From: Raphidiopsis brookii D9
Lineage (GTDB): Bacteria > Cyanobacteriota > Cyanobacteriia > Cyanobacteriales > Nostocaceae
Assembly (NCBI GenBank): GCA_000175855.1
Contig: ACYB01000037.1
Span: 60,001-92,000 of the forward strand
Direction: 5' to 3'
Length of the DNA stretch: 32,000 bases
Made by a program: the position numbers and the translations under genes. A model generated the notes under the pieces. It did no database searches and was not told where the DNA came from. It worked only from the letters and a program-made list of their open reading frames with translations. Positions 20,096-29,087 of the stretch are shown here, piece by piece; positions within the stretch are counted from its first letter, which is position 1, and every line of letters starts with the position of its first letter.

Positions 20096-21259
20096 CTAAT
20101 ATCTAAAGATTGCTGCTATTTTTGTTCCTCTAGGCATGTCCTTAGCCTTTAAGGTATAAACATGGCCACCGTTTAACATAGTGTGTATAGCGGCAAAATC
20201 TAACATATCCTGATCATCTACCTCTCTGTTTCTGTGTAAATCTACACTCATATTTTCAGGATGGAATTTTCCCCACTTTTGATCATCTATAGAAACTAAT
20301 AGGGAATCTACCTGGTGAAAATAGGCCGCACTGACAATTTTTTTCACATCACTGGTAGCCATATTACTACCTTCTCCCGTTAATTGCTCGTACAGTGCTA
20401 GGGTAGCTATTGTATCTTGTTGAAATAGGGGAGAAACTATTTGCCACCCCGCATCATGTAATTTATCCAAGTTCATAATTTCCACATTACCACCAATGCT
20501 TTGTGTTAATAAGTAAGGATAACTGTTTGCTGCTTGATAAATAGGAAAAAGATACTCTACTCCTGCTAAAATTAAAGGTGCCTTTTCATCTCTTAGTCTA
20601 TGATGTAAAGCTTGATCTATGGCATAACAAAATTGTAAAATATCTCTTTCGTGTTTTTCTCGATCTGGACTACCTTGTCCATGAACTGATCCTGGATGTT
20701 CAGCTGCTGATGCTCCTCCTCTGGGTATACCCACTCTGTGTTGTACACCTTTTTGTAATTCGTCTTCCAGGAGAATTTCTTCTAAACGGTGGGGCATATT
20801 TTCTACTACTAACTCCTGTAAACTATGTCCCGTGCCAACAAAGAATTTCACATCTTTTTGACTCAGACACAAAATATAGAATTTACCATCGTTATTAATA
20901 AAATGTAGTAGAGGTTTCAGATGTAATTCTCTATTGACAACAACTAATTCAGGAAATTCACTAGGTAAACAATAGTAGCGAAACAAGTTGGGACTAATAA
21001 AAATTACTAGTCCTTGATTTTGGTGTTCCCAAAAATCAATTGTATCTAATTCCAGAGCTGGTTCAAGCAAGTCCAAAGCTTCCTTAGGTCTGATACCTAA
21101 CGCTTCTAAATCTTGTTGGGCTTGGCGAATTAAATTTTTAAAGCGAATAGGGTTTTGACGAGTCTCTGCCCCAACTTTTTGAGTTGGCATGTATAGGGAT
21201 ACGGATGGAGACTGGGAATTTTCCACTAAGTTTTTGAGTTCGTCCAGAGATAATGTCAT
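20096..21259 (-). CDS. Bacterial archaeo-eukaryotic release factor family protein (baeRF3-like)
   Basis: 387 aa ORF: LKNLVENSQSPSVSLYMPTQKVGAETRQNPIRFKNLIRQAQQDLEA, GLVIFISPNLFRYYCLPSEFPELVVVNRELHLKPLL, APLILAGVEYLFPIYQAANSYPYLL, matching the general layout of cyanobacterial baeRF3 proteins. Confidence 0.72.
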   Translation of the reverse strand: MTLSLDELKNLVENSQSPSVSLYMPTQKVGAETRQNPIRFKNLIRQAQQDLEALGIRPKEALDLLEPALELDTIDFWEHQNQGLVIFISPNLFRYYCLPSEFPELVVVNRELHLKPLLHFINNDGKFYILCLSQKDVKFFVGTGHSLQELVVENMPHRLEEILLEDELQKGVQHRVGIPRGGASAAEHPGSVHGQGSPDREKHERDILQFCYAIDQALHHRLRDEKAPLILAGVEYLFPIYQAANSYPYLLTQSIGGNVEIMNLDKLHDAGWQIVSPLFQQDTIATLALYEQLTGEGSNMATSDVKKIVSAAYFHQVDSLLVSIDDQKWGKFHPENMSVDLHRNREVDDQDMLDFAAIHTMLNGGHVYTLKAKDMPRGTKIAAIFRY

Positions 21260-21441
21260 AGGTTGAAAGAAAACAGCGGAGAAGATATGTTCATTTCAAC
21301 TGCTTCTATGATGGATTTGCATCTTTCCCCAGGGAGGTGGAGAAGGTCAAACTTAAAACTCTTCCCAAATTTAGGCACGTCTGTTAAAATTGTGTGGTGG
21401 TCACATACTACAATTAAAACCAGTTGAGTTACACCTAAATA

Positions 21442-24400
21442 ATGGTGCATATTAAGCGGGTTGAACTTACTAATTTTAAATCCTTCGGTGGTACAACTTC
21501 TGTCCCCTTGCTACCGGGATGTACTGTCATTTCTGGCCCTAATGGTTCGGGTAAATCCAATATTCTGGACGCTTTACTATTTTGCTTAGGACTATCCAGT
21601 TCTAAGGGTATGCGTGCTGATAAACTACCTGATCTAGTTAACAACAATCAAACTGCTAAAGGTCGCAATCCTGTTGAAGCTATTGTAACCGTCACCTTTG
21701 ATATCTCTGACATGGTATCACTCCCAGAGGTTACAGAGGAAGTTACACAAGTAAATGGACAGGAAAATAAATCTCCTACCTTAACACTATGGAGCGTGAC
21801 TCGACGCTTACGGGTCCATTCCCAGGGTACTTACACTTCCAACTATTACATTAATGGCAGTTCTTGTACTTTGACGGAATTACATGAGGAATTAGAAAGA
21901 TTAAGAATTTACCCAGAGGGTTATAATGTAGTGTTACAGGGTGATGTCACCAGCATTATCTCCATGAATGGGAAAGAACGACGGGAAATTATCGATGAGT
22001 TGGCTGGTGTTGCAGCGTATGACAGAAAAATCAACCAAGCTAAAGGGACCCTAGAAGAGGTTAAAGAAAAGGAAGATAGCTGTAGAATTATTGAAGGTGA
22101 GTTAATTGCCCAGCGAGATCGTCTATACCAAGATAAGCTAAAAGCAGAGAAATACCAGCAAATTAAAAAGGAGTTGCAGGAGAAACAGTCCTGGGAATTG
22201 GTTTTAACTTGGCGCTCTCTCCAGTCTAAACAGGAACAATTGGCTACGGATATTCAAGCTGGAGATACAACATCTAATCAACTGACTGGGAGTTTAACTC
22301 AAACTAATCAAAACATCCAAGACCAAAATAGTCAGTTGGACCAACTGAATATACTCGTTAAATCCCTAGGGGAAGATCAACTTTTGGCAGTTCAATCTAC
22401 CCTTGCTAATCAAGAAGCTGAACGTAAACAACTATATAGACGACAAAATGAAATAGTATCTCATTTACAACAGACAATCAAAAAACTCCATCAGACCCAA
22501 GGGGAAATAGAAGAATACCAGGCTGTTTTGCAACAAAATCAACAAGAATACTCTTTGGAGAGTTCAACCTTAAGCCAGCACCAACAGGAACGTGAAGAAA
22601 CAAGGGCACAGTTAGAATCTTACCGTCAAGTTGCGGCAGAAATTGCTACTGCTTCTGAACACTGGGTACAACAACAGTCATCTGTTAATCGTCAAATTGA
22701 GACCTTGCTACAAACTGTAGAACCTCAAAGAACGGAACAAACCCAATTAAGGGAGAGAAATTTTCAGTTACGAGAACTAGTTCAGGAACAATCAGAGCTT
22801 TTGAGTATTTTAGAACCACAATTAGCTCAAAAACAAGCGGAATGCCAAGAATTAACCCTGGAGTTCAACAGTTCTACTACACCAATTGAGAACCTGGCAA
22901 CTAATCTAGCAGCTGCAGAGCAGGAATTACAAATCCAACAGGATACACAAAAGCGACTGTTACAAGAACAGCGGGAAAAACAAAGACTTTTGGATAAACT
23001 AGAAGCCCAAACTCAAGCACAACAAGAAGTACAAGGAACCCAAGCCAGTAAGGTCATTATTCAGTCCGGTTTACCAGGATTATGTGGGCTGGTAGTGGAA
23101 TTGGGTAAGGTTGATTCCCGCTATCATCTAGCTCTAGAAACTGCTGCAGGCGCAAGACTAGGTCATATTGTGGTGGAAGATGAACGTGTGGCTTCAGCAG
23201 GAATTGAATTGTTAAAACAAAAACGTGCCGGTAGGGCTACCTTTTTACCTTTAAATAAAATAAAAGCTTCTAAATTTACTCCTGATTTAACGCTTCCTTA
23301 TGTTGATGGTTTTGTCGAATATGCCATGAACCTGGTGGAGTGTGATGACCGCTATCAGGAGGTATTTAAATATGTTTTTGGTAATACGGTGGTTTTTAAA
23401 ACTTTGGAACAGGCCCGAAACCAATTAGGACTATATCGAATCGTCACCCTGGGAGGGGAATTATTAGAAACTAGCGGTGCGATGACAGGTGGTAGTCAGA
23501 CTCAACGCTCTGGTTTAAAGTTTGATACTGGAGAGGGTAAGGAATCGGAGGAACTCATTAATTTAAGAACAAGATTGGCAGATATTGATAGGGTTTTAGA
23601 ACGTTGTGGAGAAGCTATAGTCAATTTAATCCCTCGTAGCAAACAACTAGGATTAGAATTAACAGAAGCTAGACAAGGACGTAGAGAGCAACAGTTATAT
23701 TTGGAGCAGCTCAAGAAAGAAGTCCATAACTTGCATGGACAAGTGGAAACTACCCGGTTACAATTCCATCAAAATATGGAGAAAGTCAATTATGCTCAAA
23801 CCCGGTTAGAAATTTTAGATCGGGAACTGCCAAGTCAAGAAGAACAATTGCAACAATTACGACATAATCTGGCGGAATTGGAAGCTTCTCAAACCCCTAA
23901 GGAATGGCAAGAAATCCAAACTACTATTAGAAGTTGGGAGCAACAATTACAACAAAAAGATAACACCGTCAGGGAAGTGGAGCAGACACTGCAAAACTTG
24001 GGGAATAAACAACAGCGGTTAGAAGAGAAAATTAGAGAAGCTCAAATGCGAGTTGGGGAATATGAGGGTGACCAGATCACAGTAACTAATCAACAGTCTG
24101 CAGTTAACCATCAAGTTGAGGAACTAAGTCAAGAAATTATCCATATCCAATCCAGATTAAGGGGAATTGAGGAGAATCTAGGTGAGGAGAAAAGGAAAAG
24201 AGATAGGACAGAGCAAGAATTAAGGGATATGATCCTATACCAGCAAAAATTACAATGGGAAATTGAAAAACTGCAACAGAATCAGGAGAAACGACGCGAA
24301 CAGTTAACCGAATTACACGCTCAATTGCAAACCCTGGGAACAGAATTGCCTAATCCCTTACCAGAAGTACCTGATAAGGTGGACTTGGAAGATTTACAAA

Positions 24401-25026
24401 AAGAGCTGCGCAGTTTGGCCAGAAGATTACAGTTAATGGAACCGGTTAATATGTTGGCATTAACTGACTATGAAGTAGTTGAGGGAAGAGTAAAAGAGCT
24501 GACAGAAAAGCTAAATACTCTCCAAGCAGAGAGAACAGAACTGTTATTAAGGATTGAGAACTTTACTACACTGCGTCAAATTGCATTCAAGGAAGCTTTT
24601 GATGCAGTAAACGAGAATTTTCAATCAATTTTTGCCACCCTATCAGATGGGGATGGATACTTACAACTTGATAATCCGGAGGATCCTTCTAATAGCTGTT
24701 TAAACCTGATTGCCCATCCCAAGGGTAAACCTGTGCAGCGTTTGGCCTCTATGTCCGGAGGGGAAAAGTCATTGACAGCGCTCAGTTTTATTTTTTCTCT
24801 CCAACGTTATCGCCCATCGCCATTTTATGCGTTTGACGAAGTGGATATGTTTTTAGATGGTGCCAATGTTGAAAGATTGGCAAAAATGATTAAACAACAA
24901 GCGGAACAAGCACAGTTTATTGTGGTCAGCTTGCGTCGTCCTATGATAGAGTCCGCCCAAAGAACTATAGGTGTAACCCAAGCCAGAGGCGCTTATACCC
25001 AAGTTTTAGGCATAAAACTACAATAA
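21442..25026 (+). CDS. smc: Chromosome segregation protein SMC
   Basis: 1194 aa ORF. Walker A VISGPNGSGKSNILDALLFCLG, long coiled coils, hinge GLPGLCGLVVELGKVDSRYHLALETAAGARLGHIVVED, signature LSDGDGYLQL / MSGGEKSLTALSFIFSLQRYRPSPFYAFDEVDMFLD. Confidence 0.96.
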   Translation: MVHIKRVELTNFKSFGGTTSVPLLPGCTVISGPNGSGKSNILDALLFCLGLSSSKGMRADKLPDLVNNNQTAKGRNPVEAIVTVTFDISDMVSLPEVTEEVTQVNGQENKSPTLTLWSVTRRLRVHSQGTYTSNYYINGSSCTLTELHEELERLRIYPEGYNVVLQGDVTSIISMNGKERREIIDELAGVAAYDRKINQAKGTLEEVKEKEDSCRIIEGELIAQRDRLYQDKLKAEKYQQIKKELQEKQSWELVLTWRSLQSKQEQLATDIQAGDTTSNQLTGSLTQTNQNIQDQNSQLDQLNILVKSLGEDQLLAVQSTLANQEAERKQLYRRQNEIVSHLQQTIKKLHQTQGEIEEYQAVLQQNQQEYSLESSTLSQHQQEREETRAQLESYRQVAAEIATASEHWVQQQSSVNRQIETLLQTVEPQRTEQTQLRERNFQLRELVQEQSELLSILEPQLAQKQAECQELTLEFNSSTTPIENLATNLAAAEQELQIQQDTQKRLLQEQREKQRLLDKLEAQTQAQQEVQGTQASKVIIQSGLPGLCGLVVELGKVDSRYHLALETAAGARLGHIVVEDERVASAGIELLKQKRAGRATFLPLNKIKASKFTPDLTLPYVDGFVEYAMNLVECDDRYQEVFKYVFGNTVVFKTLEQARNQLGLYRIVTLGGELLETSGAMTGGSQTQRSGLKFDTGEGKESEELINLRTRLADIDRVLERCGEAIVNLIPRSKQLGLELTEARQGRREQQLYLEQLKKEVHNLHGQVETTRLQFHQNMEKVNYAQTRLEILDRELPSQEEQLQQLRHNLAELEASQTPKEWQEIQTTIRSWEQQLQQKDNTVREVEQTLQNLGNKQQRLEEKIREAQMRVGEYEGDQITVTNQQSAVNHQVEELSQEIIHIQSRLRGIEENLGEEKRKRDRTEQELRDMILYQQKLQWEIEKLQQNQEKRREQLTELHAQLQTLGTELPNPLPEVPDKVDLEDLQKELRSLARRLQLMEPVNMLALTDYEVVEGRVKELTEKLNTLQAERTELLLRIENFTTLRQIAFKEAFDAVNENFQSIFATLSDGDGYLQLDNPEDPSNSCLNLIAHPKGKPVQRLASMSGGEKSLTALSFIFSLQRYRPSPFYAFDEVDMFLDGANVERLAKMIKQQAEQAQFIVVSLRRPMIESAQRTIGVTQARGAYTQVLGIKLQ

Positions 25027-25042
25027 CTCATAACCTATATAT

Positions 25043-25926
25043 CTATAATCGTCGTACAAGCTCTTCTGTTAATTGAATAAACGCTTTAGAGCCAGACGAA
25101 TTAGGATTCAATAAGGTTACAGGCATAAAACTATCAACCGCCTTAGCCACATTCACATCAACAGGAATTTGTGCTTGACAAATAGTTTCCACACCAAAAT
25201 CTTCCACAATTCGGTGCATGACTTGTTTATAATATCTACCAGTCAACATATTGGTATTACACATGCTAAAGACAATACCGAGCATTTGGATATTGATTTT
25301 GGCCTCATGTTCATGACTATCTTTCAACTTAGCAATACGTCTTTCCAGCAATTGAATACCGACCACAGAAAGAGGTTCAGGTTTAGCGGGGAGCAAATAA
25401 AAATCGCTAGTGGCCAAAGCACTGCGAGTCATGAGGTTATAACCAGGAGCACAATCTAAAAGAATAAAATCATATTGGTCACGAACAGGTTTTAAAATAT
25501 CCCTAACTAAGACCCTTTCAAAACGATTCCAAATAGTTTCAAAATCTCGCTCTTCCAGAGCTACAGCTTGATTGTGTAACATTTCAGAAACTACAAATTC
25601 ATCATATAAGTCAATGTCTCCTGGTAAGAGACTCAAACTTGATAGCTTGCACAATTCGGGCTCAATGACATCATGAATTTTGTATTCAGGTTGAGGATCG
25701 GGATTAATTACCTCATCTAATAAATATCTCAGGGTTTTTCTTTGTTTACGACGTTTGGCAAAATCTCCCGGTGACATTAGACTCAAGGTCGCACTGATTT
25801 GACTATCTAAATCCAGAACCAGCACCTTTTTACCATGATGTTTAGCCAAGCAAGTTGCCAAATTAACAGTTACCGTAGTTTTACCTACTCCCCCTTCATA
25901 TTTGCAGTTGCAATGACATATCCCAT
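25043..25926 (-). pseudogene. ParA/MinD-family ATPase with a -1 frameshift inside the Walker A motif (real lesion or sequencing error)
   Basis: ORF 25043..25861 begins at MATCLAKHHGKKVLVLDLDSQ (ParA A'-type motif). Minus strand from ATG at 25926 reads MGYVIATANMKGE* because of a G5 tract (plus C5, 25890..25894). With six Gs it reads MGYVIATANMKGGVGKTTVTVNLATCLAKHHGKK. Confidence 0.92.
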
Positions 25927-26029
25927 TGTTTGGTTCCTCAGCAGGTTAGATTGATTATTTTCCCATAGCTTGAGCCATTATCTCATATCAGGTGCAAATC
26001 TGGTACACTAGGGATTCACCTCTTAGCGT

Positions 26030-28039
26030 TCACCTACCCAGTATTTTATCTCTCAAGGACTTAATGCGATCGCGCAGTTTGGCAGCGTGTTCAAACTCCA
26101 TCTTTTTAGCAGCATCGTGCATTTGTTTTTCTAGGGTAGTAATCAGTTGTGGAATCTCCTCCAAATTCAAATCATGCCATTGTTCATCCACCAGCTTTAA
26201 ATCATTGGCATTTAACCGTCGGGAAACATCTAAAAAGGAAAGAATAGAGTTACCAGATTTTTTAAAAACTGGTTGGGGGGTAATTTTATGTATTTGATTA
26301 TAGGCCATTTGAATTCCCCTTCTTCTATCAGTTTCCTCCATGGCTTTGATCATACTGCCAGTTAAATTATCAGCATACATAATTACTGTACCTCGCAGAT
26401 GACGTGCTGCACGACCAATGGTTTGAATTAAGGAGCGTTCTGCACGTAAGAAGCCCTCTTTATCTGCATCCATAATTACCACAAGAGAAACCTCTGGCAA
26501 ATCTAAACCTTCTCTTAATAGGTTCACACCTACTAAAACATCAAAACTACCATTTCTCAAATCTTGTAAAATTTCAATCCTCTGAATAGAATTAATTTCT
26601 GAATGTAAGTATCTCACCCGAACGGATCGATTTTCTAAATATTCAGTCAAATCTTCTGCCATTCTCTTAGTCAAGGTGGTAATTAACACCCGTTCACTAT
26701 TGTCCACCCTCTGGTGAATTTCTCCCAACAAATTATCCACCTGTCCAGCTGTGGGACGAACGTAAATCTGTGGATCTAACACTCCTGTAGGTCGGATAAT
26801 CTGCTCTACTATATTCTTGCCCGAAATTTCTATTTCCCAGTCGCCTGGAGTAGCTGAAACAAAAATACACTGAGACACTTTTTGCCAAAATTCCTCAGCT
26901 TTTAAAGGACGATTATCCCCCGCACTAGGCAACCGAAAACCATGGTCAATTAAAACTTTTTTCCTAGCTTGATCACCGTTATACATCCCCCGAATTTGGG
27001 GAACAGTAACATGAGACTCATCAATTACTAATAACCAGTCCTGGGGAAAATAATCAATTAAACATTCTGGAGGTTCTCCTGCTTGTCTCCCCGCTAAATA
27101 ACGGGAGTAATTTTCTACGCCGTTACAATATCCTACTTCTCTTAATAGTTCTATATCATAACGAGTCCGTTGATCTATCCTTTGTGCCTCAACTAATTTC
27201 CCTAATTCTTCCAATTTTAATTTATATGCTTTTAACTCATCAGCAATTTCTACACAGGCAATTTCTAATCTCTCTTTTGGCGTGACAAAGTGACGTGCAG
27301 GATAAATACTTATCCTTTCTAAACTACTCATAATTTCCCCATTCACCGGATCCACATAACGTATGGCATCTATGTCATCACCAAAAAATTCTACTCTCAC
27401 AATTCTATCTTCGTACGCAGGCCCAATTTCTATCACATCCCCACGAACTCGGAATTTACCTCGTCCCATTTCTATGTCGTTACGACTATACTGCACGGAG
27501 ATTAATTTCCTTATTACCTCTCTGGGATCTATCTCCATTCCTATTTCTAAATTTATTGCTGCTTTTAAATATTCAGCAGGCATACCCAAACCGTATATAC
27601 AACTAATAGATGCCACAACTATCACGTCTTCCCTTTCAAACAAAGATCGTGTCGCAGAATGTCTCAGCATGTCTATTTCACTATTAATAGCTGATGTTTT
27701 TTCTATATATGTATCCGTAACAGGAATATAGGCTTCTGGTTGATAATAGTCGTAATAACTGACAAAATACTCCACCGCGTTATGGGGAAAAAACTCCCTC
27801 AGCTCATTACACAACTGGGCCGCCAGGGTCTTATTATGTGCCAGCACTAGGGTAGGTTTGCCCACCTTTTCTATCACTGCTGCAATAGAAAAGGTCTTTC
27901 CCGTTCCCGTCGCACCCAGTAGCGTTTGATACCGCTGTTTCCCTTCGATGTTCTTAATCATTTGAGCGATCGCCTGAGGTTGATCTCCAGTGGGGGAAAA
28001 AGGAGCTTGGAGAGTAAATTGGGCCATAATCTGAGCCAA
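26030..28039 (-). CDS. uvrB: Excinuclease ABC subunit UvrB
   Basis: 669 aa [69 protein letters not shown]-terminal UVR motif [27 protein letters not shown]. Confidence 0.98.
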   Translation of the reverse strand: MAQIMAQFTLQAPFSPTGDQPQAIAQMIKNIEGKQRYQTLLGATGTGKTFSIAAVIEKVGKPTLVLAHNKTLAAQLCNELREFFPHNAVEYFVSYYDYYQPEAYIPVTDTYIEKTSAINSEIDMLRHSATRSLFEREDVIVVASISCIYGLGMPAEYLKAAINLEIGMEIDPREVIRKLISVQYSRNDIEMGRGKFRVRGDVIEIGPAYEDRIVRVEFFGDDIDAIRYVDPVNGEIMSSLERISIYPARHFVTPKERLEIACVEIADELKAYKLKLEELGKLVEAQRIDQRTRYDIELLREVGYCNGVENYSRYLAGRQAGEPPECLIDYFPQDWLLVIDESHVTVPQIRGMYNGDQARKKVLIDHGFRLPSAGDNRPLKAEEFWQKVSQCIFVSATPGDWEIEISGKNIVEQIIRPTGVLDPQIYVRPTAGQVDNLLGEIHQRVDNSERVLITTLTKRMAEDLTEYLENRSVRVRYLHSEINSIQRIEILQDLRNGSFDVLVGVNLLREGLDLPEVSLVVIMDADKEGFLRAERSLIQTIGRAARHLRGTVIMYADNLTGSMIKAMEETDRRRGIQMAYNQIHKITPQPVFKKSGNSILSFLDVSRRLNANDLKLVDEQWHDLNLEEIPQLITTLEKQMHDAAKKMEFEHAAKLRDRIKSLRDKILGR

Positions 28040-28126
28040 ACAAGATGATTATATTGTAGCCGTTTCGGGATAAACTTTAGTATATGAAAAAATGGATTCT
28101 GTTAATATCCTAAGGGAGATAAAAAA

Positions 28127-28480
28127 GTGGAAGAAAATCAACAAAGCAATACAGAGCAGACTGGTCAAGGAACAATTGTCATAGCAGGAGAACGTCCCAT
28201 TGGTAGCAGTGGATTGCAGGTAGCTGCAACAGTCTCCATTGCCGGCTTACGTCCTATTAGCACCAGCACCTTACAAGTAGTGGAAACTTACAATGCATTA
28301 GGTATTCGCCCTATTGGTGCCAACACGTTTACTGTCGTCAATAGTATTAACCTATCCGGAACTCGTCCTGTTGGGTCCAGCTCCTTAGTAATTTCAGAGA
28401 ACTACTCAGTTTTTGGCAATCGTCCCATAGCGTCAAATGAAATTGATGATTCTGGACTATTAATGGGTTTTCTCGACTAA
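28127..28480 (+). CDS. Hypothetical 117-aa protein made of tandem 19-aa G-x-R-P-[IV] repeats
   Basis: GTG start (in-frame stop just upstream). Repeats: IAGERPIGSSGLQVAATVS / IAGLRPISTSTLQVVETYN / ALGIRPIGANTFTVVNSIN / LSGTRPVGSSSLVISENYS / VFGNRPIASN (partial). Confidence 0.8.
   Translation: MEENQQSNTEQTGQGTIVIAGERPIGSSGLQVAATVSIAGLRPISTSTLQVVETYNALGIRPIGANTFTVVNSINLSGTRPVGSSSLVISENYSVFGNRPIASNEIDDSGLLMGFLD
28181..28408 (+). repeat. Four consecutive 57-bp coding repeats encoding 19-aa units, followed by a fifth partial unit
   Basis: Exact 19-residue spacing of the GxRP[IV] motif across the ORF. Confidence 0.85.
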
Positions 28481-28503
28481 CCTAGCGGTGTTATTTTCTT
28501 GTA

Positions 28504-28536
28504 AATAGCTCAGTAAAACTTATAAGCTGGGCTATT
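28504..28536. terminator. Stem-loop AATAGCTCAG ... CTGGGCTATT downstream of the 19-aa-repeat ORF
   Basis: Ten-bp stem with one G-U type pair and a 13-nt loop, 24 bp after the stop codon. No clear T-run, so the terminator role is tentative. Confidence 0.35.
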
Positions 28537-28649
28537 ACTCGCAATAACATAATACAAGGTAACCTGATGTAAAGTTTTATGGAAAAATGTCAGTTGAAAT
28601 TATAATATTATGTAATCCCAAATAAAGAAATGTGACAAGGAATCATTTC

Positions 28650-28829
28650 ATGCCATACACAGAAGAAGAGGGCGGTCTGCTCAACAACTTTGCCCAAGAA
28701 CCCAAGGTTTATGAAGCTGAACCTCCAACGGCTAAACAAAAACTGAATTATATAATTTTAGGCGGACTTGGAGCACTTCTAATAGTTGGCGTAATTTTTA
28801 TTGCCTTCGCAGTGTCAAATGCCAGTTAG
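28650..28829 (+). CDS. ssl1498-family light-harvesting-like (single-helix) protein
   Basis: Starting at the internal Met: MPYTEEEGGLLNNFAQEPKVYEAEPPTAKQKLNYIILGGLGALLIVGVIFIAFAVSNAS, matching the MPYTxEEGGLLNNFAxEPKxYxAEPP pattern. Confidence 0.85.
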   Translation: MPYTEEEGGLLNNFAQEPKVYEAEPPTAKQKLNYIILGGLGALLIVGVIFIAFAVSNAS

Positions 28830-29087
28830 AAACCCATCTTTCTAAAACCTTAGCAGTTGATAAAATTCATAAAACTTAATATCCCTGACCATCAGGTTCT
28901 CATCTTAGGGGGAGCCTGTATTTTTTTGTTCTTTGATAGAATTAAAGAGACTTTAAATATAAATAAGTACGCTTACTATGCTAAATTATCAAAAAACAGG
29001 TTAATGGTAGGGAAAGACCAACGGATCATTCCCTCTCTTGGGCGAAATACCTTTTCAACCTCCCCTATTTAGGCTGTTATAGCCAGT

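Noticed and set aside
26029-27731. Plus-strand ORFs 25992..26297 and 27363..27731 antisense to uvrB
   Set aside because: The sequence is explained fully by UvrB on the minus strand.
28857-29072. 71-aa plus-strand ORF between the ssl1498-type gene and the TPR gene
   Set aside because: No recognisable motif, irregular composition; treated as chance ORF, though not excluded.
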